A stretch of DNA of 64,000 nucleotides from Nitrospirota bacterium. GTDB taxonomy: Bacteria > Nitrospirota > Thermodesulfovibrionia > Thermodesulfovibrionales > JdFR-88. Shown here piece by piece: positions 9,169 to 18,385 of the stretch (within the stretch, counting starts at the first letter, position 1; each line of letters begins with the position of its first letter). The notes beneath the pieces are model-generated. The model was not told where the DNA came from, searched no databases, and worked only from the letters and a program-made list of their open reading frames with translations. The position numbers and the translations under genes are program-made. Where the stretch lies: the NCBI GenBank assembly GCA_021789215.1, contig JAJYJS010000002.1, positions 142,605-206,604 on the forward strand, written 5' to 3'.

Positions 9169-10698
9169 ATGATCATGAACAATCTTGGATACCCTGTGCT
9201 GAGCACGCTCATCTTCCTGCCTGTGATAGGCGCTCTCCTCATAGGGCTCATGAACAGAAAGCACGAGGGGCTCATAAAAGTCTCCGCGCTGGTGCTGAGC
9301 CTGCTCACGTTCGCGGCGTCGCTGCCGATATTCTTCAACTTCGACAAGCTTACGCCCAAGATGCAGTTTGTCGAATGGTATTCGTGGATACCGGCCTTCA
9401 ACATAGATTACCTCATCGGCGTGGACGGCATAAGCGTGCTGTTCGTGCTCCTTTCCACGCTGGTCACCATACTTTGCGTGCTCATCTCGTGGAATTCCGT
9501 GAAGATAAAGGTCAAGGAGTTCTTCATGGCGCTCCTGCTGATAGAGGGCGCGATGATCGGCGTTTTCTGCTCGCTGGACTTCTTCCTCTTCTACGTCTTC
9601 TGGGAGGCGATGCTCATACCCATGTACCTGCTGATCGGCGTATGGGGAGGGCCGAACAGGCTTTACGCTTCCATCAAGTTCTTCCTTTACACGCTTGTGG
9701 GCAGCGTCCTGATGCTGGTGGGCATTGTCTACCTGTACTTGTACGCGGGCAGGGACTTCAACATCCTGCACCTTGCAAACCTCAAGTACCCGCTCGGCAT
9801 GCAGCTCCTGCTCTTCTGGGCGTTCTTCGCGGCCTTTGCCGTGAAGGTGCCGATGTTCCCGGTACACACGTGGCTGCCTGACGCGCATACCGAGGCCCCC
9901 ACCGCGGGCAGCGTTATCCTTGCGGCCGTGCTCATCAAGATGGGCGCTTACGGGTTCCTGAGGTTCTCGATTCCCATGTTCCCGGATGCCGCGAGGGCCA
10001 TGACCGTACCCATGATGGTCCTTTCGGTGATAGCGATAATCTACGGCGCCGTCGTGTGCCTTGCCCAGACAGACATCAAGAGGCTCATAGCATACAGCTC
10101 GGTGAGCCATATGGGCTTTGTCACGCTTGGCATCTTCGCCCTGAACACCCAGGGGATAGAGGGCGGCATTCTCCAGATGCTCAACCACGGCGTTGTCACC
10201 GGCGCATTGTTCCTTAGCATAGGGATAATCTACGACAGGACGCACACCCGCCAGATAGCGGACTACGGCGGCGTGGCAAGCGTTCTGCCCGTCTATGCCG
10301 GGCTTTTCATGCTGTTTACGCTCGCCTCGATAGGGCTTCCGGGCACAAACGGGTTCATCGGCGAGTTCCTGATAATACTTGGCGGCTTCACGGCCAACAG
10401 GGCAGCCGGTGTCTTCGCCGCAACGGGAATAATAATTGGCGCGGCCTATATGCTCTGGCTGTACCAGAGGGTTTTCTTCCTTAACGTGAACCCCAAGGTG
10501 GAAGGGCTGCACGACATCAACATGAGGGAGCTCCTCGCGGTCGCTCCGATGGCCGTTCTGGTGTTCTGGATCGGGCTCTACCCTAATGCGTTCCTGAGCT
10601 TCATGCACCCGTCAGTCCAGAGCCTCCTTGACAAGGTAAGGCCCGCGAGCGCCAATTTCAGTACGCTGGCGGACTTTTTAAGGGCCGTATTCGCCTAG
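9169..10698 (+). CDS. nuoM: NADH-quinone oxidoreductase subunit M
   Basis: 509-aa antiporter-like subunit (FYVFWEAMLIPMYLLIGVWGG, KVPMFPVHTWLPDAHTEAPTAGSVILA). It is the last nuo gene before the convergent gene. Confidence 0.9.
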   Translation: MIMNNLGYPVLSTLIFLPVIGALLIGLMNRKHEGLIKVSALVLSLLTFAASLPIFFNFDKLTPKMQFVEWYSWIPAFNIDYLIGVDGISVLFVLLSTLVTILCVLISWNSVKIKVKEFFMALLLIEGAMIGVFCSLDFFLFYVFWEAMLIPMYLLIGVWGGPNRLYASIKFFLYTLVGSVLMLVGIVYLYLYAGRDFNILHLANLKYPLGMQLLLFWAFFAAFAVKVPMFPVHTWLPDAHTEAPTAGSVILAAVLIKMGAYGFLRFSIPMFPDAARAMTVPMMVLSVIAIIYGAVVCLAQTDIKRLIAYSSVSHMGFVTLGIFALNTQGIEGGILQMLNHGVVTGALFLSIGIIYDRTHTRQIADYGGVASVLPVYAGLFMLFTLASIGLPGTNGFIGEFLIILGGFTANRAAGVFAATGIIIGAAYMLWLYQRVFFLNVNPKVEGLHDINMRELLAVAPMAVLVFWIGLYPNAFLSFMHPSVQSLLDKVRPASANFSTLADFLRAVFA

Positions 10699-10838
10699 CA
10701 GGCTGCTGAAAAACTGTTTCGACTGTCATTGCGAGCGGAGCGAAGCAATCACGTCTTTAGAAAAATCGATTACTTATGAGATTGCTTCGTCGCTTGCGCT
10801 CCTCGCAATGACCAAAATGAGGACTTTTTCAGCATCCT
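10699..10838. repeat. MITE/REP-like inverted-repeat element filling the gap between the convergent nuoM and FAD-protein stops
   Basis: GCTGAAAAA...GTCATTGCGAGCGGAGCGAAGCAATC (10725-10750) faces GATTGCTTCGTCGCTTGCGCTCCTCGCAATGAC (10780-10812)...TTTTTCAGC. A related half-copy lies at 40445-40503. Confidence 0.8.
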
Positions 10839-10839
10839 G

Positions 10840-12234
10840 TTAGGGCATTCTCTTCAATATCTCTCTTGCCGCTATCACGCCGGAGGCCGAGGACTGCACA
10901 AGCCCCCTGCTTACGCCCGCGCCGTCGCCTATGGCGAACAGGTTTTTTATCTCCGTCTCAAGCACGTTTGAGAGCCTGGGCCTCATGGAATAGAACTTGA
11001 CCTCAACGCCGTAAAGCAGCGTGTGCATCGAGTTTATGCCCGGCGCCATCCTGTCCAGCGCCTCTATCATCTCCATTATGTCGCTAAGGTACCTGTAAGG
11101 GATGGCAAAGCTAAGGTCTCCGGGGGTTGCGTCCTTAAGGGTGGGGATGACCACGCTCCTTGCGATCCTTTCGGGGGTCGAACGCCTCCCAAGCATCAAA
11201 TCGCCAAGCCGCTGTATCAGCACCCCGTCGCCCAGGAAATTGGCGAGAGTGGCTATGTGCCTGCCGTAAGAGACCGTCTCATGAAAGGGTTCCGTGAAAG
11301 TGGTGCTCACCAGGAGGGCGAAATTGGTGTTAAGCGTCTTGCTCTTTGCGTAGCTGTGGCCGTTCACCGTCCAGATGCCCTTGAGGTACTCCTTCACGAT
11401 CTCGCCATGGGGGTTGACGCAAAAAGTCCTCACCTTGTCGTCGAAGCGCTTCGAATAATAGATGAACTTCGGCTCGTAAGTGACATCGGTAAGGTGTTTC
11501 ATTACGGAGGCTGGCACCTCCAGCCGGACGCCTATGTCAACCGGGTTGTTGAATACGCTCAGGTCCAGCCTTTTCACTTCCTGCTCCAGCCATTTGGAGC
11601 CCTCCCGTCCGGGGGCGACCACCACGAATTTGGCCCCTATCTGCCTGCCGTCTTTTAGCCGGACACCACGGACACTTCCCTCCAGGGTTATAATGCTCTC
11701 GACCTCCGTTTCGAACAGGACTTCCAGCTTCGAGTTCAGGTGCTCCCTCATGCGTTTGAGCAGTCCTTTTGCCCTGTCCGTGCCGATATGCCTTATCCGC
11801 GAGTGGACAAACAGCAGACCGCTTTTCGCGGCATCGCGTTCTATCTTCGAAATTTCCTCGCTTTCGCCGCCATAAAGTTTTTTTGGCGCTCCGAAACGGA
11901 CATATATCTTGTCCACATAATCTATAAGTTCCGCCAGCTCTTTTTCGGATATATACTCCGTAAGAAAACCGCCCACCTGGGGGGAAAGGCTGAGTTTTCC
12001 GTCGCTGAACGCGCCCGCCCCGCCCCATCCGCTGAGCAGCCCGCATTCCGGACAGGCCGTGCAGGATATCTCCCTGACCTTCATGGGGCAGCTGCGCCTG
12101 GTTATGTCCCTGCCCTTCTCTATTATCAGCACGCGGAGCCCGTCTTTTTCGACAAGCTCCATCGCGGCAAAGATGCCAGCAGGACCCGCCCCGACTATCA
12201 CCACGTCATAGCTGCCTCTTCCCTTTTCAGGCAT
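10840..12234 (-). CDS. FAD-dependent oxidoreductase (COG2509-like)
   Basis: N-terminal dinucleotide fold YDVVIVGAGPAGIFAA, a Cys-rich segment CPMKVREISCTACPEC, and C-terminal FAIGDGAG. Confidence 0.8.
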   Translation of the reverse strand: MPEKGRGSYDVVIVGAGPAGIFAAMELVEKDGLRVLIIEKGRDITRRSCPMKVREISCTACPECGLLSGWGGAGAFSDGKLSLSPQVGGFLTEYISEKELAELIDYVDKIYVRFGAPKKLYGGESEEISKIERDAAKSGLLFVHSRIRHIGTDRAKGLLKRMREHLNSKLEVLFETEVESIITLEGSVRGVRLKDGRQIGAKFVVVAPGREGSKWLEQEVKRLDLSVFNNPVDIGVRLEVPASVMKHLTDVTYEPKFIYYSKRFDDKVRTFCVNPHGEIVKEYLKGIWTVNGHSYAKSKTLNTNFALLVSTTFTEPFHETVSYGRHIATLANFLGDGVLIQRLGDLMLGRRSTPERIARSVVIPTLKDATPGDLSFAIPYRYLSDIMEMIEALDRMAPGINSMHTLLYGVEVKFYSMRPRLSNVLETEIKNLFAIGDGAGVSRGLVQSSASGVIAAREILKRMP

Positions 12235-12337
12235 TAAAAAGCTTCCCCGGGCCGTTTTATTTACAACACCCTGGCCTTAATCAACAGTTCCAATAGTAGG
12301 GTATTTTGGCGGCCCTGTAAACTGTGGCGGAAGGCCA

Positions 12338-12370
12338 TAAAAAAAGCCCGGCTTCCGGCCGGGCTTTTTT
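12338..12370. terminator. Bidirectional rho-independent terminator downstream of the peroxidase gene
   Basis: A7, then GCCCGGC-TTCCG-GCCGGGC (7-bp GC stem), then T6. Confidence 0.75.
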
Positions 12371-12385
12371 CAAACAGCAAAAAAA

Positions 12386-13438
12386 CTAGATTTTCGGTCT
12401 GGGGGTCGAAGAAGAGGAAGGAGGCAAAATGGGATATTCCACCCTGGGCTGTATGCCTGTCGTCGTCCTCAGGAATGCGGCGATCTTACTGTCCTCGCCG
12501 GGGGTCAGGCGAATCCCAAGCTGGGAGGCCCCCATGATGGACACCGCGTCCTTCAGGTCCCAGACCTTTCCGGAGTGGAAATAAGGCGCGGTAAGCTCGA
12601 TGTTCCTCAGGGAAGGGGCCTTGAAGACATATTCATCCGCCTTCGATTTGGTGACCTTGAACCTGCCCACGTCCCCGGCCAATATGTCAGGATTGGGCTT
12701 CTCAATTACCCCGAACGGGTAATATCCCGCCCCGCCCATGTTGATCCCTCCATGGCAATTGCTGCAACCCTTCTGCATGAAAATGGCGAGGCCCTCCTTT
12801 TCCTGCGCGTCAAGGGCGCCGCCGTCTCCCTTCAGGAACTTGTCGAACCTTGAGCCGGGCGTTATCAGGGTGGCCTCGAACGCCTCTATGGACCTTGCCA
12901 TGTTATCGAAAGTGACGGGGTTGCCCTCGCCGGGGAAGGCCTTTTTGAACATGGCCGCATATTCGGGCATGCTGTTCAGGGTCTGAAGAACGCGCTCCGG
13001 CGTGCTGCTCATCTCCACCGAGGCCTGCACGGGGCCTTTTGCCTGTTCCTTGAGGTCGGGGGCCCTGCCGTCCCAGAACTGGGCGATATTGAAAACCGCG
13101 TTCAAAACGGTGGGGGAGTTCCTTGGGCCCTTCTGCCACCTGTGGCCGATGGCCGTCTCCTGATAATCGGCCCCGCCCATGCCTACGTTATGGCAGGTAT
13201 TACAGCTTATAAGTTCGCTTGCCGAGAGCCTGGGCTCAAAATAGAGCATCTTCCCGAGTTGTATCTTCTCCGGGGTCAGCGAGGGTTTTTTCAGTTCCGG
13301 CGGGCTGCCGGGGACCGGTTTGAACGCCGTCTGCGCCTGCTCCATGAGACCGTCCTGATTGGCTGAGGCGGCAGAAGGCGGCAACCCGGACACAAACAAT
13401 GCCGCTAGAAAAACAAAGGATATCAGTCTCCTCATCAA
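12386..13438 (-). CDS. Di-haem cytochrome c peroxidase
   Basis: Signal peptide, two CXXCH motifs (CNTCH, CSNCH), and the conserved FWDGRA and FKAPSLRN segments. Confidence 0.92.
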   Translation of the reverse strand: MMRRLISFVFLAALFVSGLPPSAASANQDGLMEQAQTAFKPVPGSPPELKKPSLTPEKIQLGKMLYFEPRLSASELISCNTCHNVGMGGADYQETAIGHRWQKGPRNSPTVLNAVFNIAQFWDGRAPDLKEQAKGPVQASVEMSSTPERVLQTLNSMPEYAAMFKKAFPGEGNPVTFDNMARSIEAFEATLITPGSRFDKFLKGDGGALDAQEKEGLAIFMQKGCSNCHGGINMGGAGYYPFGVIEKPNPDILAGDVGRFKVTKSKADEYVFKAPSLRNIELTAPYFHSGKVWDLKDAVSIMGASQLGIRLTPGEDSKIAAFLRTTTGIQPRVEYPILPPSSSSTPRPKI

Positions 13439-13525
13439 TTCCCTCCTTTTTTGGATGAAATGAAAGGCATGCCTTGATTATATCTAAGCAGAATCAGGGG
13501 GGAAGTCAAGAAAAGCGGGCTGGCC

Positions 13526-13924
13526 TTATCCGGCTATTACCTTGATAACGGCCCGCCTGTGGCGGGGGCCGTCAAACTCGCAGAAATAGACGGACTGCCA
13601 TGTGCCGAGAGTAAGTCGCCCGCCCTCAACGGGGACGCAGGCGGTCGCGCCCACAACGCTGGATTTTATGTGGGCGTCGGAGTTGCCCTCCCTGTGGAAA
13701 TAACCCATGTCATGCGGGACAAGGCGCGAGAGGCTGTTCAGGATATCGCGCTGCACCGAAGGGTCCGCCCCTTCGTTTATCGTCACAGCCGCCGTAGTAT
13801 GGGGGGCGAAAACGTAGCAGATGCCATCTTTAATGCCCGATTCCCTCACTGCCTCTTCGACCTCGCGGCTTATGTCTATGAACTCGTTTCTCTGCCTGCT
13901 GCGCACGTCTATATACTTTATCAT
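13526..13924 (-). CDS. yjbQ: YjbQ/UPF0047 family protein (secondary thiamine-phosphate synthase-like)
   Basis: CYVFAPHTTAAVTINEGADPSVQRD and GNSDAHIKSS motifs. I chose the ATG at 13924 because it overlaps the lpxK stop (TGATG). Confidence 0.8.
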   Translation of the reverse strand: MIKYIDVRSRQRNEFIDISREVEEAVRESGIKDGICYVFAPHTTAAVTINEGADPSVQRDILNSLSRLVPHDMGYFHREGNSDAHIKSSVVGATACVPVEGGRLTLGTWQSVYFCEFDGPRHRRAVIKVIAG

Positions 13925-14919
13925 CAGGCCTCCGCCGTTGAGCAAAGCCTTTTCGTTATTTCGGAATAGAACCCGTCCGTGGCCGCCAGCCTTACCGAAA
14001 GCGCGTAGATGCCGCTTCCGGGGGGGTCAAGCCTCATTATATCCTTTTCCGTTGTCATAATCCACAACCCGCCCGCATGTCTTCTGATCCTGTCGATATC
14101 ATTCGGGCTGAACCGGTGATGGTCCCTGAACGCCTTGAAGTTTTTTATGACGGCCCCTGCCTCCGTAAGACTGTCCCTGAAGGAACCGGGCTCGCCGATG
14201 CCTGAGAAGGCATACACCTCGCGCCCTGAAAGCGATTCGAGAGGATACGTTTCCCCGGATGTCCCCACGACGCCATCGGCCTCGTACCACGCCGGGAAGA
14301 CCGGGGCCGCTTTGTTGTATCTCCGTATCTCATCGAGGAAATCGGCAGGCACCTCCCTGCATTTGCTCACGACAATTATGTCCGCTCGCCGCATGGCGGA
14401 GGCCGGTTCCCTGAGGCTCCCTATCGGGATAAGTTTTTCCCCGTAGAAGGGGTCTGTGGCGCTCAAAAGCAGTATGTCCATGTTCCGCTTAAGCCCCCAG
14501 TGCTGAAAACCGTCATCGAGTATAAAGACATCGGGCCGGGGGGTGAGGGCCGCAAGGCCATAGAGCCCGGCCTCGTACCTGTTGGCGCATTTTATGACGG
14601 GGATGTCCTTGATGCGTCCGGCGAAATGCCTTGCCATAAGAAGCGGCTCGTCCCCGGTGTCCCTCTCCTTCATTCCGGGCGCGACGATTGCCGGGCCTTC
14701 GAGCCTGCCCTTGTATCCCCTTGTAAGGATGGCAGGTTTTCTGCCTTGTTTTTCAAGCTCCAGGGCAATGGAAATTGCCAGCGACGTCTTGCCGGTGCCG
14801 CCTGTCGTGAGATTGCCGACGCTTATGACCTTGCAATTAGGCAGGGTCTTACGCTTTTTCAGGCCGCGTCTTCTGCTGTACCTGTATCCAAGATAATATA
14901 TAAACTCAAAAAGGCCCAT
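13924..14919 (-). CDS. lpxK: Tetraacyldisaccharide 4'-kinase
   Basis: P-loop VGNLTTGGTGKT. I chose the start at M50 of the track ORF (ATG 14919), which sits directly after the waaA stop and gives about 331 aa. Confidence 0.88.
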   Translation of the reverse strand: MGLFEFIYYLGYRYSRRRGLKKRKTLPNCKVISVGNLTTGGTGKTSLAISIALELEKQGRKPAILTRGYKGRLEGPAIVAPGMKERDTGDEPLLMARHFAGRIKDIPVIKCANRYEAGLYGLAALTPRPDVFILDDGFQHWGLKRNMDILLLSATDPFYGEKLIPIGSLREPASAMRRADIIVVSKCREVPADFLDEIRRYNKAAPVFPAWYEADGVVGTSGETYPLESLSGREVYAFSGIGEPGSFRDSLTEAGAVIKNFKAFRDHHRFSPNDIDRIRRHAGGLWIMTTEKDIMRLDPPGSGIYALSVRLAATDGFYSEITKRLCSTAEA

Positions 14920-14920
14920 T

Positions 14921-16168
14921 TTATTTCGATAAAAAACCTTCCAGTATTTTAACTGTTTCGGTGACCGCGCCGCCTTTTTTTTGATAAAAACCCCGCGCCT
15001 TTTTCCCCATTTCCGTCCTCCTGCGCTCATCCGAGAGCAGGTCCAGCAGGGTTTCATAAAGGGCATCCTCTTTAACAGAGAGCGCCCCGCCTTCCTTCAA
15101 AAGCCCGTCCATGAACGGAAAATTATTCATATGGACGCCGGTTACAACGGCCTTCCCCCAGTAGGCGGGCTCAAGAGGGTTTTGCCCGCCGTGAGGGATG
15201 AAGCTCCCGCCCACGACGGCCACATCCGCCGCCGAATATATATGAAAAAGCTCGCCGACCGTGTCCACTATGACTATATCAGGCAGGACAGTTTTCCCGG
15301 AGGGGTCTTTTTTTGCCAATTCCGAACTCCTGATAAACGAAAGACCGTGGGCCAGGGCAGTCTCTTCCACCTCCGAAGCCCGTTCCGGATGCCTTGGCGC
15401 TATAACAAGCCTTATTGAAGGAAAATGCCCTTTAAGGTCCTTAACGGCGCGGATTATGGGTGCATCCTCGCCCCTGTGCGTGCTTCCGGCAACGATTGTG
15501 GGGAAAAACCCCAGGGAGCTGACCCATACCGGCGGAACGCCCTTTGGCTTTATCTCGAATTTGAAGTTGCCGGTTACCTTTATCCTGCTCCTGTCCGCAC
15601 CTGTTTCCTCCGCACGGCTGGCGTATGTCTCGTCCTGCACGCAGACCGCCTTCATGTGGGCGAAAACCCTTTCCAGAAAAAAACCTATCTTCCTGTACCC
15701 CTTTGTGGATTTTTCAGAAAGCCTGCCGTTTACCATGAAGACGGGCACGCCACTTTTGTCCATCAGCCTTATTGCGTTTGGCCAAAGCTCCGTCTCCACC
15801 AGCACGAATGCCAGGGGTTTTGCCCTTTTTATCGCCCTTTTCAGCGCAAACGGGAGGTCGAAAGGCAGGTAAACGACATCGGCTTCCGGGAATTTTTCCC
15901 TCGCGACCTTCCGCCCGGTGTCCGTTATGGTGGAGATGAGCGTTTTAAAGCCCCTTTCATTGAGGGCCTCTATGAAGGGCACGGCGGCCATCACCTCGCC
16001 GACACTCACCGCGTGTACCCATACGGCCCCGGCCGCGGCCTCGATGAGGCCAAATTTTTCCCTGAGCCATCCGGCGCGCTGCCCAACGGGCCTCTTCCTG
16101 AGTTCCACGGGGAACAATGGAAAAAGGGCCAGGCCGTATAGAATAGTGTAGATGAAAAACAAAGTCAC
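14921..16168 (-). CDS. waaA: 3-deoxy-D-manno-octulosonic acid (Kdo) transferase
   Basis: WVHAVSVGE and GGSFIPHGGQNPLEPA motifs; located between lpxB and lpxK. Confidence 0.9.
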   Translation of the reverse strand: MTLFFIYTILYGLALFPLFPVELRKRPVGQRAGWLREKFGLIEAAAGAVWVHAVSVGEVMAAVPFIEALNERGFKTLISTITDTGRKVAREKFPEADVVYLPFDLPFALKRAIKRAKPLAFVLVETELWPNAIRLMDKSGVPVFMVNGRLSEKSTKGYRKIGFFLERVFAHMKAVCVQDETYASRAEETGADRSRIKVTGNFKFEIKPKGVPPVWVSSLGFFPTIVAGSTHRGEDAPIIRAVKDLKGHFPSIRLVIAPRHPERASEVEETALAHGLSFIRSSELAKKDPSGKTVLPDIVIVDTVGELFHIYSAADVAVVGGSFIPHGGQNPLEPAYWGKAVVTGVHMNNFPFMDGLLKEGGALSVKEDALYETLLDLLSDERRRTEMGKKARGFYQKKGGAVTETVKILEGFLSK

Positions 16169-17298
16169 CGCCCCCAGCCGGCCATTCCGGAAACCATGGA
16201 CGCCGTGTGGCGCGAAGCGCTCCTGCCTGAAAACATGTCCCTGACCCGCACAAACTCCGCAATCATCGAGGCCCTGTAGCCGGGGTCTTTTATGAGCCTC
16301 CTCAGCTCCGCCATCACGTTTTCCGGCCGGGCGTCCTTTTGCAGGAATTCCCTTACCGCCTCGCGCCCGGAAAGGATATTGACGAGCGAGACGTGCTTTA
16401 CCTTCACCAGGAGCCTGCCCAGCATGAAGGTGATTGGTGAAAGCCTGTAAACGACGGTGAAGGGCCTTTCAAGAAACGCCGCCTGAAGCGTTGCCGTGCC
16501 GGACGCGATGACCGCGGCATCGCAGAAGGAAAGCACCTTCAGGGCGTTTTCCTTCTTTATGACCGCCCCCTCGTCCCTGAGCGCCCTAAGCTGGCCGTTG
16601 AATGAATCCGTCTTCAGGTTTGGCGCAAGGGGGATACGAAAACCCCACTCCGGGAACTCCCGCTTGAACATCCTGAGCACATCGGCCATGAGCGGCAGGT
16701 GCCTTTTAAGCTCCGACGGCCTGCTGCCCGGAAGAAGGGCAAGGATTTTTTCCCGGCCTTCCTTTTCGACAGTTTTTCCAGAAAACCCGGCTATCTCATC
16801 CAGCACCGGGTGGCCCACAAACTCCGACGGGATGCCAGCCTTCCGGTATATTTCCTGTTCAAAAGGCAGTATCAGGGCCATCTTGTCCACAAGCCGGGCC
16901 ATCTTTTTTATACGGTCGGCCCGCCAGGCCCATATCTGGGGACTTACGTAATAGAGTATCTTCACGCCGCGCTTTTTCAGTTCAGCCGCGGCCTTGAAAT
17001 TGAAGTCCGGGAAGTCTATCAGGACGGCAACAGGCGGGCGCTCCTCTTCGGCCTTCCTTATAAGCGCATCCATTGTTTTTTTCAGGTCTTTAAGGTGGGA
17101 GACGGCCTCGACCAGACCGAATGCCCCGGACACCTCCCGGAACACGTCCACGCCCGCGGCCCTCATCCGTTCGCCGCCCACGCCCAGGATATTCACATCC
17201 GGGTACATCTTTCTCAGCTCTTCCGCAAGCAGCGCGCCATAGAGCTCACCGGAAGACTCCCCGGCCACTATCAGCACGCTCTTTACGGGTTCAGACAC
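16165..17298 (-). CDS. lpxB: Lipid-A-disaccharide synthase
   Basis: N-terminal [12 protein letters not shown] and [14 protein letters not shown] motifs. 4-nt overlap with waaA. Confidence 0.92.
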   Translation of the reverse strand: MSEPVKSVLIVAGESSGELYGALLAEELRKMYPDVNILGVGGERMRAAGVDVFREVSGAFGLVEAVSHLKDLKKTMDALIRKAEEERPPVAVLIDFPDFNFKAAAELKKRGVKILYYVSPQIWAWRADRIKKMARLVDKMALILPFEQEIYRKAGIPSEFVGHPVLDEIAGFSGKTVEKEGREKILALLPGSRPSELKRHLPLMADVLRMFKREFPEWGFRIPLAPNLKTDSFNGQLRALRDEGAVIKKENALKVLSFCDAAVIASGTATLQAAFLERPFTVVYRLSPITFMLGRLLVKVKHVSLVNILSGREAVREFLQKDARPENVMAELRRLIKDPGYRASMIAEFVRVRDMFSGRSASRHTASMVSGMAGWGR

Positions 17299-18385
17299 TT
17301 CTGACTATCTCTGCTATCATCTCGACCACGGAATTCTCAAGTTCCGGGTAGATGGGCAGTGAAAGCACCTGTCTTGCGGCCTTTTCCGCCTCCGGGAAGT
17401 CCCCCTCCTTGTGGCCCATGAAGGCCATTGCGGGCTGGAGGTGCACCGGGATGGGATAATAGACCATGGATGAGACCTGCTTTTCCCTGAGCAGTTCCTT
17501 TAAATAATCCCTTTTGGGATGCCTGATGGTGTATTGATGGAAGACGTGCTGAATGCCCTCGCTGCCTGCCGCCGGGCAGGCCACATGGCCGGCCAGGAGT
17601 TCGCTGTAAAGGGCGGCTTTCCGCCTTCTTTTATCGTTGTATTCGTCTATCCTCCTGAGTTTAACCAGCAGTATGGCCGCCTGCACCTCATCCAGCCTGC
17701 TGTTGAAGCCAAGCGTGTTGTGGATGTAGCCGCCCGCGGAGCCGTGGTTCCTCAAAAGCCTTATTTGGGAAGCCATGGCGTCGTCATTTATGGTGACAAG
17801 CCCGCCGTCCCCGTATGCGCCGAGGTTCTTGCTCGGGTAGAAGCTGAAACAGCCCGCGTCCCCGAAGCTCCCGGTCTTTTTCCCGTAAAGCGACGCCCCG
17901 AATGACTGGGCGCAGTCCTCGATGACCTTGAGGCCGTGCTTTCCCGCAAGCTGCATTATCAGCTCCATGTCCGCCGGGCAGCCGAATATGTGCACAGGCA
18001 GTATGGCCTTCGTCCTGGAGGTTATCCTGCGCTCTATCGCGTTCGAGTCGATATTGAATGTGTCCGGCTCTATGTCCACGAACACGGGGACGGCCCTGAG
18101 GTAGAGTATGGCCTCGACCGTCGAGAAAAAAGTGAACGGGGTCGTTATGACCTCGTCGCCGGGGCCGATGCCCGCCGCCTTCAGCGCCAGGTGGAGCGCG
18201 TCGGTGCCCGAGGCGACCGCCACCGCATGTGCCGCGCCGGTATACTCCGCCGTCCTGCCCTCGAACTCCTCCACCTTTTTACCCAGTATGTACTGGCCGG
18301 ACTCTATCACGTCCCGCACAGAGGACAGGACCTCGTCCCTTATGTCCTCAAGCTGCCTTTTAAGGTCTACCATGGGAACCATCAA
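17291..18385 (-). CDS. DegT/DnrJ/EryC1/StrS-family PLP aminotransferase (GnnB-like candidate)
   Basis: Sugar aminotransferase fold with [14 protein letters not shown] (PLP-lysine segment). Overlaps lpxB by 8 nt and the upstream oxidoreductase by 4 nt. Confidence 0.85.
   Translation of the reverse strand: MMVPMVDLKRQLEDIRDEVLSSVRDVIESGQYILGKKVEEFEGRTAEYTGAAHAVAVASGTDALHLALKAAGIGPGDEVITTPFTFFSTVEAILYLRAVPVFVDIEPDTFNIDSNAIERRITSRTKAILPVHIFGCPADMELIMQLAGKHGLKVIEDCAQSFGASLYGKKTGSFGDAGCFSFYPSKNLGAYGDGGLVTINDDAMASQIRLLRNHGSAGGYIHNTLGFNSRLDEVQAAILLVKLRRIDEYNDKRRRKAALYSELLAGHVACPAAGSEGIQHVFHQYTIRHPKRDYLKELLREKQVSSMVYYPIPVHLQPAMAFMGHKEGDFPEAEKAARQVLSLPIYPELENSVVEMIAEIVRSV

Noticed and set aside
8695-10608. 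Very long antisense ORFs overlapping real genes. Examples: 941-2200, 4401-6086, 6871-8349, 8695-10608 (637 aa), 26599-27789, 28440-29507, 31828-32970, 36591-37742, 38316-39362, 38998-40080 and 41328-42692.
   Set aside because: I checked the arithmetic for each. Every one lies in the antisense frame that is codon-aligned with the sense gene, where stops arise only from sense TTA, CTA or TCA codons, and those are rare here. Their translations are compositionally bizarre (rich in R, H, Y, E and P) and carry no recognisable motifs, whereas the sense genes have unambiguous family signatures.
10699-10838. The repeats might form a CRISPR array.
   Set aside because: The copies are inverted rather than direct. 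There are only 2-3 arms per locus, no regular repeat-spacer periodicity and no cas genes in the window.
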